A stretch of 64,000 nucleotides of DNA from Actinomycetota bacterium (GTDB lineage: Bacteria; Actinomycetota; Geothermincolia; Geothermincolales; RBG-13-55-18), in assembly GCA_040757835.1 (NCBI GenBank), contig JBFLWJ010000010.1:1-64000 (forward strand), read 5' to 3'. Under the pieces are notes generated by a model, which searched no databases, was not told the origin of the DNA, and saw nothing but the letters and a program-made list of their open reading frames with translations. Both the position numbers and the translations under genes were made by a program. Position 1 is the stretch's first letter. Every line of letters begins with the position of its first letter. Shown here one piece after another: positions 1 to 10,293 of the stretch.

Positions 1-126
1 ATCCGCTAAGGCGAAAGGGGCAAGGTGCCCGTTCGGAGGCGTCCTCCCAAGCTAATAGTTTTCAGCAACCCCTTCCGAAAGGGGCATGGAGAGGCTTACC
101 CTTGACTTGGGTCTTTAAAGGTGACC

Positions 127-2160
127 CTAATCGGGTGGAGGAGGGACCGGCACGGTCCCGGAAGGAGGCTCCTCCCCGGGCTCCCGCCCCGACTCCTCCG
201 TGACCGCGCCGCCTGCCGGCACCGGCACGGTCGCTTGCCGGGAGATGCTGCCCATGACCTGAGCGGCCAGGGCCTCCAAAATGCCCCCGTTCCCTCCCCC
301 CGCCACCAGGATCTGGGGCACGAAGGAGACGCCGCTCTTGGAGAGGGCGTCGACGGAGTTGACTAGGGCCGTGGGCCCCTGGCCCAAGGCGGCGACCTGC
401 GCCTTATAGGCCTTGGCGCGGGCCATGCCGACCGCCTCCACCTCCGCTCCCTTGGCGGCCCCGGTTTCGCTGATGTAGAAGGCCTCGCCATCGGCCTCGG
501 CCTTGCGCGCATTGGCGTTGTTGGTCTTGATGTCCACCCCTACCTTGGACTTGGCCAGCTCGGCCTGCATGTCCGCGGTGCCCTTGGCCTGCTCGGTCTC
601 GATGCGCTGCGTCTGGGCGTCCTTCTGCTTCTGGAAGGTCTCGATCTCCTGGCGGGCGATCTCCCGCTCGGTGAGCACGCGTACCAGGTCGGGCGGGAAG
701 ACGACATCCTGGATGTAGACCCCCCTGGTCTCCACCTGGTAGTCGTCCAGCTTATCTCGGATATGGGTAAAGGCCTCCTCCTGCACCTGCTGGCGGGTCT
801 CGATGAACTGCACCGCCTGCATGGACTGCAGCTTGTCGCGGAAGTGGTTTCCCACCGCCGCCTGCAGCACCTCGTTCACCAGGTTCTGCATGGTCCCCAC
901 CATGGAGATGACCTTGGGCCCCTTGGTGTCCGGGACATGGATCTGCACCTGCAGGTCGATGGCGAAGACGAACCCCTCCCTGGACTTGGCCACGATCTGC
1001 CGGAGCTGGCGGTCGAGGTTATGGGCCTCGGAGGTGGCCTCCGCCCAGTTGAGGGTGAGGATGGCGGTGGGCACGATCTCCGCCTGGTAGACGCGGGGGT
1101 TGATGGGGTACTTGCCGGTGCGCAGGGGCTCCTGCCAGATGCCGCGGTGTCCCGGGCGCACCAGGGAGCCGAACTTGAACTCCACCCCGGAGGTATCGAC
1201 GGTGGAGAGGCCCACGTAGGCCTTGATGGCCGCGACCTGCCCCTGCTCCACCACCAGCATGGGCACCAGCTCTACCCCCACCAGGAAGGGGTTGAGGGCG
1301 TAGGCCCCGTAGAGCAGGGGGTCGTGCTGGAGGCCGATCTTGCCGCCGTTGTCCAGGAAGGCCTGGAAGTCCTGGTAGTTGTTGTGCAGGTCGTTCTTGC
1401 TGCCCATGAGCAGCTCGATGAGCTCGAGGTCGCCCACGCCCTGGCTCTCCAGCTCCATGATGTCGTCGAACTCGCCCAGGCGGTTGGCGATGGCTCCCGA
1501 CGGCAGGGGGTCGCCCTCGTAGGTGGTGACGATGCCCACCATGTCGATGAGGTGCTGGCCGTCGGCGCTGGGCTGGGGCGAGATGCGCACCAGGTCCAGG
1601 TGGCTGTCCAAGAGGCCGAAGGAGGACGGGTACAGCCTGCCGTCCTGGTCCGCCAGCTCCTTCAGCTCCGGGGAAACGGGCAGGCCGTAGACCTGGTTCT
1701 TGGTGATGACCAGGAAGCCCACGGGGTGGATGGGGATCATGGTGCCGGGCGGCAGCACCGGGCGCTGCACGCCCTTCTGGCCGCCGTTGGCGATGAAGAG
1801 GTCCAGGTCGGTGTAGTTTCCGAACTCCTTCTTGTACACCGCCGACTTCGCCCCGATGGGGAGCGGGGCGCCCACCTGGGATATCACCACCCCGATCTCG
1901 CCCGCCGGCACCTGCACCCAAGGGAACTTATCCACCTTGAAGATGACCCAGAACTTGAAGCGCAGTCCGGGCATGAGCAGCTCCGCCTGGTACCCGGCCT
2001 CCCCGTCGAAGGCGATGGGGTTGTCCTCCGAGAGCTTCTTGAAAGAGAAGCGCTTGGTGACCAGTCCCACCTGGGTGGGGCCGATGCGCCGCAGCGAGGG
2101 CAGCACGATGAGCGCCAGCAGTACGACGATTCCGATGGCGATCCACAGAGCCATGACCAT
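127..2160 (-). CDS. Flotillin-like SPFH/band-7 family membrane protein with a long Pro/Glu/Ala-rich C-terminal tail
   Basis: N-terminal TM helix, SPFH domain and the coiled-coil EA-rich flotillin (YqiK-like) region are recognisable in the translation. AGGAGGT RBS lies just before the start; the second ATG, at 2154, is the better spaced. Confidence 0.8.
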   Translation of the reverse strand: MVMALWIAIGIVVLLALIVLPSLRRIGPTQVGLVTKRFSFKKLSEDNPIAFDGEAGYQAELLMPGLRFKFWVIFKVDKFPWVQVPAGEIGVVISQVGAPLPIGAKSAVYKKEFGNYTDLDLFIANGGQKGVQRPVLPPGTMIPIHPVGFLVITKNQVYGLPVSPELKELADQDGRLYPSSFGLLDSHLDLVRISPQPSADGQHLIDMVGIVTTYEGDPLPSGAIANRLGEFDDIMELESQGVGDLELIELLMGSKNDLHNNYQDFQAFLDNGGKIGLQHDPLLYGAYALNPFLVGVELVPMLVVEQGQVAAIKAYVGLSTVDTSGVEFKFGSLVRPGHRGIWQEPLRTGKYPINPRVYQAEIVPTAILTLNWAEATSEAHNLDRQLRQIVAKSREGFVFAIDLQVQIHVPDTKGPKVISMVGTMQNLVNEVLQAAVGNHFRDKLQSMQAVQFIETRQQVQEEAFTHIRDKLDDYQVETRGVYIQDVVFPPDLVRVLTEREIARQEIETFQKQKDAQTQRIETEQAKGTADMQAELAKSKVGVDIKTNNANARKAEADGEAFYISETGAAKGAEVEAVGMARAKAYKAQVAALGQGPTALVNSVDALSKSGVSFVPQILVAGGGNGGILEALAAQVMGSISRQATVPVPAGGAVTEESGREPGEEPPSGTVPVPPPPD

Positions 2161-2225
2161 ACCTCCTGAAATACCCCGGTTAATAGCAAGTCACTAAATA
2201 ATAACATGCTACGCTATGGCTAGGT

Positions 2226-2840
2226 CTACCGGGGCAGGAGCCCCGGTCCCGCCGTGCCCCGGATCATGAGGTCGACGATGGCATTCGTCCAGTGCCTCCT
2301 CGTCTGCTCTTTGTTCCCGGAAAGCGATATGCGGCGCGCGCCCTCGAAAACGACCGCATTGAAGGCGAAGGCCGTCTCTTTGATGCGCATGTCGGGGCGG
2401 AGGAAGCCCTTCTGGATGCCGTTCCTCATGTAAGATGCGGAATAGTCGCCAAAGAGGTCGAAGGCGGCCTGTAGCTTATGGTTTATCTCCTCGTCGATGC
2501 CCAGCGCTTCGTAGAAGAGCAGCCTGGATAGAAGAGGGTCCTCAACGAAACGGTCGAAAAGCTTGTCCACCGCTCGCCTCAGCTGCGCCTCGTACTCCTC
2601 GAGCGTGTTGCTGGCGGCCGGAGCGTCGGCGGCGATCCCCTGGGTGATTCCGCGGATGACCTCGTCGAGTATCTGTGTGATGATGTCCAGTTTATTACGG
2701 AAATAGTGGTAGAAGAGGCCCTGGGCCATGCCGGTCTCCGCTGCGATATCCTCGATGCGAGTGGCGTGATAGCCCTTTTCGCAGATCACCTTGTACGCCG
2801 CTTCGATGATCTCCGCGCGTTTCCTGCTTGCCTTGTCCAT
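2226..2840 (-). CDS. TetR/AcrR family transcriptional regulator
   Basis: N-terminal HTH signature (RAEIIEAAYKVICEKGYHATRIEDIAAETGMAQGLFYHYFRNK). The ORF track begins at a TTG at 2873; the ATG at 2840 (MDKASRKR) is the more plausible start. Confidence 0.8.
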   Translation of the reverse strand: MDKASRKRAEIIEAAYKVICEKGYHATRIEDIAAETGMAQGLFYHYFRNKLDIITQILDEVIRGITQGIAADAPAASNTLEEYEAQLRRAVDKLFDRFVEDPLLSRLLFYEALGIDEEINHKLQAAFDLFGDYSASYMRNGIQKGFLRPDMRIKETAFAFNAVVFEGARRISLSGNKEQTRRHWTNAIVDLMIRGTAGPGLLPR

Positions 2841-2857
2841 GACCCAATGATAACATA

Positions 2858-2877
2858 TTGAATGAAGCTTCAATCAA
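2858..2877. promoter_or_regulatory. 20-bp near-perfect palindrome TTGAATGAAGCTTCAATCAA, candidate TetR operator
   Basis: Inverted repeat with one mismatch, 18 nt upstream of the TetR ATG in the region divergent to the lipase-like gene. Confidence 0.4.
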
Positions 2878-2958
2878 CTTTTTCCTGAAAGGGCTTTCAC
2901 CTGGGGAAGTCTGTTAAGATAGGGCGCAAGCGCCTTCAGCTCGGAAGTATGGTGCAAA

Positions 2959-4839
2959 ATGCCGGTAAGAGGGGGGATCAAGGTGCGCAAGTACGTTACC
3001 GCAATCAGTCTGTTCAGTCTCATGTTTCTGATCATCCTGGCGGGCTGCTACCAGCCCGGAGGCCCTGTCCCGGAGGCGGCGCACGCGCCGGTGCCGCGCG
3101 ACTATAGCCAAGAGGAAGTCGACGCGGTGGTGGTCATGGAGGAGAGGGTGATCTCCGCACCCCTCCCCGAAGCCTGGGGCGCCCCGGACGTCTGCGATGA
3201 GATACACTTCCTCCGCTTCCGGCCGGCCGACGGCTCCACCCTGGACCCCGCGGACGCGCAGGGCGTTGACGTCGCCAACACCGAAGCCATGCTGGTCATG
3301 CTACCGGGGGTGCTGGAGGGGGCCAACGGCTTCGAGTACCTCGCCAGGCAGTTCGTGTACCAGGCCAAGACGCAGCGGGGCGCCGACTTCGAGGTGTGGG
3401 CGGTGGAGCGCCGTAACAACCGCCTCGAGGACCTCTCCGCCGCAAACTATATCGAGGCAGGCCTGGAGGCGGGCGACATCTCCGCCGCCGAGGCCGCGCA
3501 GCTGGCCATAGACTACTACTATCTCGGCCAAGAGCTGAACGGGCGTACCTTCGAGGGCTGGTACAAGGACGCGGACCTCCCCTTCCTCTCCGAGTTCGGC
3601 CTGCAACTGGACACCGAGGACGTCTTCACGGTGATCCAGACCATGGTGCCCGACGCCGCCGCGCGCAAGAGCAAGGTATTCGTGGGGGGCCATTCCATGG
3701 GCGGCCTCATGACCTCCATGTTCGCGGGATGGGACCTGGACGGGGACCCCGCCACCACGGAAGACGCCGGCTACAACAACTGCGCCGGGCTCTTCGGCTT
3801 CGACACCCTAGTCTCCTCGGTCAGCGGTTTCATGGACCTCTTCCTGGGCGCTCTTCCCGAAGGCCTGATCACCCCCGATATGACCGAGGGCATGTACGCC
3901 ACCCTGCTCGCGAGCCTGCGCTCCGACCCCAACGCCAACCGTATCCTGCCCATGCCCATGCTGGACGCCGAGGCCATGTCCCTGCTGGAGGCCATCGCCA
4001 TCCTGGCCGATTTCGCTCCCGACGCGGAGTGCACGGTCATAGACGATGTGCCCTTCTCGGAATCCATGCGCATGCTATTGCGCTTCATGTTCTCCCGTGA
4101 CCTGCAGACCTTTATGGACGGCACGCCCCAGGTGACCGACTTCCGTTTCACCAACGAGGCCATGCTGGGGGCGGTCTTCGACGACTCCTTCGCTCCCGTG
4201 GGCATGATCCAGAACAGCATGGGTTTCCTGGGCGGGGGAGCCGTGGTGAAGAAGGACTTCCCGATGTCGGAATCCTTGGCGGGCATCCCCGTGCTGGGGG
4301 ACCTGCTCGGGGGCTTCTTCGGCAGCGGCCCCTACTTCATCGCCAACGACGCCGGACCTTCCGCTTTCGGGCTGGGCCAGGGGCCGCTCTATCACTGGGT
4401 AAACTTCGACGAGGTGGGCGATGCGGCCGATCCCCTCTTCCAGGACACTAAGGGGCAGCTAACCTACACCACCGCCAACAACGAGGTGGCGGACATCCAG
4501 GACGTGGCTCGCGCGCTCTACCGGGGGCCGACCAACCTCACGGAATGGTATTTCTCGACCCGGCTCATCGCCGACCAGATGGCCGCTGTCTTCGGCTACG
4601 GCCCGGAGTACGGTCTCAACTATATCCACGGCGACCAGCTCGAGGCCATGCCCAAGATCGAGTTCATCGCGGCGCAGGGGATGATGGGTGACCTGGGCGA
4701 ACCGCCGCCGAACTGCGAGCGGCTCCTCCTGGAGGGTTATAACCACATGGATGTGCTCACCGCCTCCGCCAACACCTCGCAGCGCCGGGAGAACGGGGTC
4801 GTGGGGCCGCTAATCGACTTCATACTTGGCAACCTGTAA
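2959..4839 (+). CDS. Secreted lipoprotein alpha/beta-hydrolase (lipase/esterase-like)
   Basis: Lipobox signal (LFSLMFLIILAGC) and GHSMGG nucleophile-elbow motif. A GTG at 2983 with an AGAGGGGGG RBS is an alternative start. Confidence 0.7.
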   Translation: MPVRGGIKVRKYVTAISLFSLMFLIILAGCYQPGGPVPEAAHAPVPRDYSQEEVDAVVVMEERVISAPLPEAWGAPDVCDEIHFLRFRPADGSTLDPADAQGVDVANTEAMLVMLPGVLEGANGFEYLARQFVYQAKTQRGADFEVWAVERRNNRLEDLSAANYIEAGLEAGDISAAEAAQLAIDYYYLGQELNGRTFEGWYKDADLPFLSEFGLQLDTEDVFTVIQTMVPDAAARKSKVFVGGHSMGGLMTSMFAGWDLDGDPATTEDAGYNNCAGLFGFDTLVSSVSGFMDLFLGALPEGLITPDMTEGMYATLLASLRSDPNANRILPMPMLDAEAMSLLEAIAILADFAPDAECTVIDDVPFSESMRMLLRFMFSRDLQTFMDGTPQVTDFRFTNEAMLGAVFDDSFAPVGMIQNSMGFLGGGAVVKKDFPMSESLAGIPVLGDLLGGFFGSGPYFIANDAGPSAFGLGQGPLYHWVNFDEVGDAADPLFQDTKGQLTYTTANNEVADIQDVARALYRGPTNLTEWYFSTRLIADQMAAVFGYGPEYGLNYIHGDQLEAMPKIEFIAAQGMMGDLGEPPPNCERLLLEGYNHMDVLTASANTSQRRENGVVGPLIDFILGNL

Positions 4840-4866
4840 CGCGGACATCGCCGCGTCCGGACCATG

Positions 4867-6108
4867 CTACCGCGGGTAGATTAGTTCCTTGTAGGTCTCG
4901 CCGGTGGGGGAGAGCACGCCCGACCGGATACTTATCCAGGCGTTCTGCCCCGAGGCCCGCTGCAGCTCGCCGTAGGTCATGTCCTCGGTCAGAGCGCTGT
5001 ATTCCACGTAGCCGTAGAGGTACTGCATCCAGAAGGGGGACAGGAAAGCGAAATCGAGGTATCGCGCGAGCTCCACCATCACCTCCAGGTAAGCCTGGTC
5101 CAACGGTGCCCAGAAGCTGTATCCGTCCCGCGCGAAGGTATCGATGGCCGTGGCCACCGTCTCCGACCTCGACAGCTCCTCGCCCGATATCTTGTAGAGC
5201 CATGATTCAGCCGAGGCCAGCTCCTTGCCGTGGGTGCGCGCTATGGCGGAGACCTGTTCGGCGCGGTCGAGGATCGCGTCCCCCTGGATGGGATAAAAGT
5301 GGATATCGAGGTAGTCGACGGTGGTGTTTGCCGCCAGGCTCTCGAAGTAGGCGAGGTCGTCCCAGCTTCCCGCTCCGGCCCCGATCCTCGTTCCCGCGCG
5401 GTCCAGCCCGGCCAGGATATGGTTGACGATCTGCGTCTGGTTGGCGACGGTGAAAGCGAGACCGGTGTTGGACTGCTGGGTCATGGGCTCGTTCTCCACC
5501 GTGAGGTAATCGGGGCGCAGCTCTCGCAGTACGGTCTCGGTCATGGCGCGCTTCTCGCGCATGTACTCCTCCAGGGTCAGCCCGCTGTAGTCCACCCCCA
5601 GGGGTGACACCTCCGGCTGGGGGAAGACCGTGGTGGTCTCCACGATGAGGGCGAGGCCGCGGGAGCGCACCTCGGCGGCCACCTGGCGGTAGAAACCCAG
5701 GTACTCGGAGGAGCGGGGAAAGTCGGGGTTGAGGACGGGATACTGCACGCTCAGGGTGATGCCTCCGACCCCCAGTTCCTTCAGGCTGTCCAGGGTGGCT
5801 TGGATGGCATAGATGGTCCCCTCGCGGAAGAGTTCCTCGCCGCGGTTGGAGTTGGCGGCGACAAGTTCCACGCTGAAGACCGTACTGCCGTTCTCTCCGC
5901 CGGATCTCCCTTCGAGGTAGGTGTCGAGTTCACCGAGCTTCGTCTCCAGCTCCCCGTAGAGGCTTGCGTACTCCTCCGGGACCTCCGTCCCGGAGCCGGC
6001 CTCGTCCTCTGTAGCGTCCGGCATCTCCTGCCAGGTCTTTCCGCATCCCATGGCGACGATGAGCGTGAGGACGGTCGCCAGGAAGATGAAAGCGGTCCTT
6101 GCGATCAT
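4867..6108 (-). CDS. Lipoprotein with a putative glycoside-hydrolase TIM-barrel (GH5-like NEP motif)
   Basis: Signal peptide plus lipobox (LIVAMGC) and an 'ENEP' catalytic-acid-like motif. ATG at 6108 follows a GGAGGAG RBS; the ORF-track start at 6144 is an upstream alternative. Confidence 0.5.
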   Translation of the reverse strand: MIARTAFIFLATVLTLIVAMGCGKTWQEMPDATEDEAGSGTEVPEEYASLYGELETKLGELDTYLEGRSGGENGSTVFSVELVAANSNRGEELFREGTIYAIQATLDSLKELGVGGITLSVQYPVLNPDFPRSSEYLGFYRQVAAEVRSRGLALIVETTTVFPQPEVSPLGVDYSGLTLEEYMREKRAMTETVLRELRPDYLTVENEPMTQQSNTGLAFTVANQTQIVNHILAGLDRAGTRIGAGAGSWDDLAYFESLAANTTVDYLDIHFYPIQGDAILDRAEQVSAIARTHGKELASAESWLYKISGEELSRSETVATAIDTFARDGYSFWAPLDQAYLEVMVELARYLDFAFLSPFWMQYLYGYVEYSALTEDMTYGELQRASGQNAWISIRSGVLSPTGETYKELIYPR

Positions 6109-6167
6109 GTCGGCTCCTCCTTGCTGCCCCTTCGCTGAAGACATATGCCGCGCGGGACCTGGCGCGC

Positions 6168-6443
6168 CTACTTCTTGCGCACCGGGAACTGCAGCTCGGT
6201 GACGAGGTCGTCCTCCGAGCGGACCAGGATGGGGTCATTGTGGAAGACGGCGATCCCCGGGCCCATGAGTTCGTAGCCGTTGTCCCCGATCCAGCGCATC
6301 AGCTGCACCTGGGAATCCTGCACTCCGGAGTACGGCCCTTTGTGAACCAGGTAGGCCACCTCCCGGGCGGGTTCCGTCTTCACCCCGGCCTCGCCCGTTC
6401 CGGCCATTGCCTTGATCTCCGGCGGCGGCTCCAGCGGTCTCAT
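6168..6443 (-). CDS. Short GyrI-like small-molecule-binding domain protein (possibly truncated)
   Basis: Resembles only the C-terminal half of GyrI/AraC-effector-binding domains; 91 aa. Confidence 0.45.
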   Translation of the reverse strand: MRPLEPPPEIKAMAGTGEAGVKTEPAREVAYLVHKGPYSGVQDSQVQLMRWIGDNGYELMGPGIAVFHNDPILVRSEDDLVTELQFPVRKK

Positions 6444-6571
6444 TCTCTACCTCCTGCTTCCATCATCGGATACGAGTGTAAAGGAACCGTTAAGAAACGG
6501 TTAACTATCCTTCTTTCCGGATTATACGTGCGAGTACCCGCGGCGAGATAGACGGGGAGGTATCGCTCCGG

Positions 6572-7273
6572 TCATGATGGTATGGACGCGCCGCGGTTGA
6601 AGGGATCGAGCTTCCCGTCCATCATTCGGAACGCGCGGTCGGCCACCTCGAGGATGTCCTCGTCGTGGGTGACGATCATTACGCATTTACCGTCGTCTCG
6701 CGCCAGCTTGACCAGGATGTCGACGACCATGCGCCCGGTAGCGCTGTCCAGGTTGCCCGTGGGTTCATCGGCCAGGATGATATCCGGGTCGTTGGCCATG
6801 GCCCTGGCGATGGCGACCCGCTGCTTCTCTCCGCCGCTCATCTTGTTGGCCTTCGCCTTCTGCAGCCTCGCGTCTATTCCCATCCTTTCCAGAAGCCTTA
6901 CGGCGGTATCGCGCTGCTCCCGGGCGGGAACGGTCTGCAGGTCCATGGGCAGCATTACGTTCTCCAGGGCAGTCAGGGCGGAGATGAGGTTGAAGAACTG
7001 GAAGACGAATCCCACCCGTTTCCTGCGGTAGGCGATGAGATCGGCACCGGCGGACGCGACGTCTTCTCCGAAGACCCGGATCTCTCCCGCATCGGGGCTC
7101 TCCAGTGAGCCGATGAGGTATAGCAGCGTGGTCTTGCCGGAGCCAGACGGTCCCACGATCACCGTCACCTCGCCCTTGCGGGCCTCGAAATTCACCGCGT
7201 CGACGGCGAGGACGTCGCCCGCCCTGGCCCGGAAGGTCTTGCTCAAGTCCTTGACCTGCAGTACGTCCTGCAA
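6572..7273 (-). CDS. ABC transporter ATP-binding protein (MacB/LolD type)
   Basis: Walker A GPSGSGKTT, ABC signature LSGGEKQRVAIARA and Walker B ILADEPT. TTG start with GGAGGTG RBS. Confidence 0.85.
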   Translation of the reverse strand: MQDVLQVKDLSKTFRARAGDVLAVDAVNFEARKGEVTVIVGPSGSGKTTLLYLIGSLESPDAGEIRVFGEDVASAGADLIAYRRKRVGFVFQFFNLISALTALENVMLPMDLQTVPAREQRDTAVRLLERMGIDARLQKAKANKMSGGEKQRVAIARAMANDPDIILADEPTGNLDSATGRMVVDILVKLARDDGKCVMIVTHDEDILEVADRAFRMMDGKLDPFNRGASIPS

Positions 7274-7286
7274 GGGGTCACACCTC

Positions 7287-8798
7287 CTATTCCATGCTCA
7301 GGACCCGTGCCGGTCTGAGCCTGGTTATCCAGATCACCGGGACCGCCATCCCCAGCAGGCTTATGCCGAAGAGGATGAGGATGCCGTAGACGAGCAGGTC
7401 CCCCTGGTAGATGACGTTGAGGTTGACCGGCTCGTCCTCCGCGACCGTGGGCGAGTACAGTCCGCCTTCCTTATACAGCTTACGGTCGGAGAGGTAATTG
7501 CCCGTATAGGCCTTTGCCTCCTCCTCTGGTGCCTCGTTCTGTTCGCTCCCGGACATCAGCCAGTCGCCGATGCTCTGGCTGATGAGGACGGTGGCACCGG
7601 TGGCCAGGACCACCGATACCAGGCAGATACATATGACCTCGGCGGCATACTGCAGGACGACCTGGCGGTCCGTTGCCCCGATGGCCTTGAGCACCCCCAG
7701 CTCCCTGGTCCTGCCGCTGATGATGATGGCCATGGCCAGGAGGATGATCAGAGCGCAGGCCCCCAGGGCCCCGAAAAGCCCGATTGTAGAGGTCTTACCC
7801 ACCCTCTCCAGGGGTTCGGATATCTTCTCGTAATCCTCGTAGTCGCTCAGGAACTCGTACTTGTTGCCGTCCGCGATCTCCTGCAAGAAAACATCCCGCA
7901 ATGATGCCGTGCTGTCCACGTTGTCGAAGTAGTACGAGCCGAGCTCGACGTATCCCGGTGTGCCGTTGAGTTCCTGCACTACGGGGAGGGGGGCGAAGAG
8001 CTTGTTGCCGGCCGGGTTGTAATCGAGGATGCTCTCGCTCTCGCGTTCCGCCTCGACGGTCTCGTATATGCCGATGACCTCGATGTCCATGGTACGGTTG
8101 CCGCGGTCGCCGCCGACGATCACCGCCTCAACGCTGTCACCTATCTCTAGCTCGTTGTCCTCGGCCATGTTCTTCTCCACCAGCGCCACCCGGTTTCCCT
8201 CAAGGTAGTCGCGGTAGGTGAAGAAGGAGCCCTCCACGAGTTTCTTGCTCCCGTTGAGGAAATCGGAGGCGGAGGCGCCGTTGGTGTTGCCCTCGAACAC
8301 GAACAGGTTACCCAGCGTCTGCGTGGTCAGGCCCTCTATACCGTTGCGGGCCAGTTCCTCGTCGGTGGCGTACGGTGCCAGGGGGGCAAGCTCCGAATTG
8401 GTCGCGTTGAGGATGATTATCCCCGCGTTCTGGACCTTGTCGTAGGTGATGATATGGTCCTGGCGGGAGAAGGCATCAGCCACCTCCTCCGGCAGGAGGA
8501 ACTTGGCCCTGTCCGCGATCTGCTCCTCCTCGCTCATGCTGCGGGCCTCGCGTTGCCGTTGCCTCTCCCCCTTGTCCAGTTCCTGCTCGAAAACATCCAG
8601 GATATATTCCGAACCCACCCGGACCTCGCCGTAGTTGCCGACGTTCTCCTTGATGTCCTCTACCTGGGCGTCGGCGGCCAGCTTCACCACCAGCATGGAG
8701 AGGGAGAAGGCCAGGCAGACGAAGAGCAGCAGCACCACGATGAGGTTGCCCAGGGGATGGCGCCGGAAGCTTTTGAAACCTCTCTTGATCGAACGCAT
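7287..8798 (-). CDS. ABC transporter permease, FtsX/MacB-like, with a large extracytoplasmic domain
   Basis: N-terminal TM helix, long periplasmic domain and a C-terminal FtsX-type 3-TM bundle. Lies directly upstream of the ATPase. Confidence 0.8.
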   Translation of the reverse strand: MRSIKRGFKSFRRHPLGNLIVVLLLFVCLAFSLSMLVVKLAADAQVEDIKENVGNYGEVRVGSEYILDVFEQELDKGERQRQREARSMSEEEQIADRAKFLLPEEVADAFSRQDHIITYDKVQNAGIIILNATNSELAPLAPYATDEELARNGIEGLTTQTLGNLFVFEGNTNGASASDFLNGSKKLVEGSFFTYRDYLEGNRVALVEKNMAEDNELEIGDSVEAVIVGGDRGNRTMDIEVIGIYETVEAERESESILDYNPAGNKLFAPLPVVQELNGTPGYVELGSYYFDNVDSTASLRDVFLQEIADGNKYEFLSDYEDYEKISEPLERVGKTSTIGLFGALGACALIILLAMAIIISGRTRELGVLKAIGATDRQVVLQYAAEVICICLVSVVLATGATVLISQSIGDWLMSGSEQNEAPEEEAKAYTGNYLSDRKLYKEGGLYSPTVAEDEPVNLNVIYQGDLLVYGILILFGISLLGMAVPVIWITRLRPARVLSME

Positions 8799-8822
8799 GG
8801 GACGCGGCTCCTTCGCCGGGGC

Positions 8823-9590
8823 TCAATCCGAAAGACCGGCCAGGCCTATCTTCACTTCTTCGCCGTAGTCGTCGCCGCGCGCCTTATGGATGACGAGGTA
8901 GGCGTTGCCACCGGCGATATCCGCGCTGAAACCCGTGTTCTCCTCGGTGCTCTGGGGGTTGAGGTCATAGAAGAGGAAGACCCCGTCAAGGACCTCCTTC
9001 CGCTTGAGCTTGTAGAGCGCCTGCGAGAGATCGGCGTAGTCGAGCAGGACGGCCGAGATGACGTGCTCGGACACGTATTCGCCGAGGTAGCCGATGTCCC
9101 CGTAGTATGAACGGTAATCTTCCGCCACGATACTGGGGCTCTCCAACCGGAACGAGAACTGGGAGAGGTCGACGACTTCCTCCCCGACGTTCTCCACCGC
9201 CAGCTCGATCTCCAGGTAATCTCCCGTGACCTCGCGCTGGTTAGATGCGATGACCTTCTGGTTGGAGTCGTTCCTGGTCACGTCGAGCACGGTGAACTGT
9301 GCTCCGGACAGGGTCGCCGTATACCTGGGGTCCGGGGCGCCGGACCCTGTCCCGTCTTCGCTACCGCCCTCCCCGGCCGTGTTCGTGTCCTCGAGGTTCA
9401 GCCCCTCCAGGTCCTCGGCGCTGATCCCCGGCGGCAGCCTGGACCCCTCCTCCAGGGCCTCGTCCGCCGCCCCCGCCGCATCCTCGCCCGCGCCGCCGCA
9501 CGACAACGGGCCGAGCGGCGCTAACGCCAGGAGCGCCAGCAGCAACGCCAGCGTCCATACCGTGGGAACACCGTGTGGTCTTCTCGGCAA
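8823..9590 (-). CDS. Secreted lipoprotein (DUF4352-like), associated with the ABC transporter
   Basis: Signal peptide with lipobox (LSCGG). TTG start with GAAGGGAG RBS. Confidence 0.5.
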   Translation of the reverse strand: MPRRPHGVPTVWTLALLLALLALAPLGPLSCGGAGEDAAGAADEALEEGSRLPPGISAEDLEGLNLEDTNTAGEGGSEDGTGSGAPDPRYTATLSGAQFTVLDVTRNDSNQKVIASNQREVTGDYLEIELAVENVGEEVVDLSQFSFRLESPSIVAEDYRSYYGDIGYLGEYVSEHVISAVLLDYADLSQALYKLKRKEVLDGVFLFYDLNPQSTEENTGFSADIAGGNAYLVIHKARGDDYGEEVKIGLAGLSD

Positions 9591-9630
9591 CGTCTACTCC
9601 CTTCTTTACGGGTGTGGGGAGGCAGGCCGG

Positions 9631-10209
9631 TCAGAAATCCGTCTCCTCGAGCCTGTAGTCCTTCGCCTCGCCGGCCAGCCCGTCGATCTCCGCCCTCATC
9701 TCGTCTATGTCGGCGAGGCCGCCCTCGAACTCATCACCGGTGAGATAGGACCTGATCTTGGCCTCGTCCAGGGTCTTGATGACGTCCAGGGCCTTATCGA
9801 ACCAGGCGTCGATGAAATCCATCAGTTCCGATGTCTTCCTGGCGACCTCGGTCATCATGGCGGCGTATGTCGCCTCTCCCTCGACACCTTCCAGCCTCGT
9901 GACTTCGTGGTATTCGGCCTGTGCGCTGGTGGAGTTGGAAAGCACCTCGTCCAGGGCCGCCTCGTACTGGTCCAGGGGCCCTCCCGGGTTCACGATGGTC
10001 TCGGGGTTGGGGCCTTGCAGGATGGCGAAGAAATCCTCCAGTGCCAGGCTGAGCGTCTCCGCCTCGCTCGCCATGCGGTAGGCGTAGCTGTCCCCCCGGT
10101 TGATGTACTGCACAGCCTGGTCCTCGGCGCTGAGGCCGCAGCCGGAGATGAAGACCACCAGCGATACGGCCACCATACCCAGCAGTAACGGCACAAGAGC
10201 TTTCCTCAC
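9631..10209 (-). CDS. Hypothetical lipoprotein
   Basis: GTG start at 10209 after a GGGAGGTG RBS gives a classic lipoprotein signal, MRKALVPLLLGMVAVSLVVFISGC. The ORF track extends to 10293. Confidence 0.5.
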   Translation of the reverse strand: MRKALVPLLLGMVAVSLVVFISGCGLSAEDQAVQYINRGDSYAYRMASEAETLSLALEDFFAILQGPNPETIVNPGGPLDQYEAALDEVLSNSTSAQAEYHEVTRLEGVEGEATYAAMMTEVARKTSELMDFIDAWFDKALDVIKTLDEAKIRSYLTGDEFEGGLADIDEMRAEIDGLAGEAKDYRLEETDF

Positions 10210-10293
10210 CTTTCGCACCTCCCGGTATCCTCCGCCGAAGGTCGGAGGCCGCCCGTGCGGCATCCCGTTCTCTTCATATGCTAACAGTAACAT

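Noticed and set aside
1-126. Possible small RNA or gene fragment at the window start
   Set aside because: Only short hairpins (CCCCTT-CCGA-AAGGGG, GGAGG-CGT-CCTCC) consistent with a terminator region downstream of the flotillin gene. No ORF with RBS.
763-2169. Long plus-strand ORFs (468 aa and several of 100-300 aa) antisense to the flotillin gene
   Set aside because: Gly/Arg/His/Pro-rich translations typical of GC-rich antisense frames with no recognisable motifs. The minus-strand flotillin reading is clearly the real gene.
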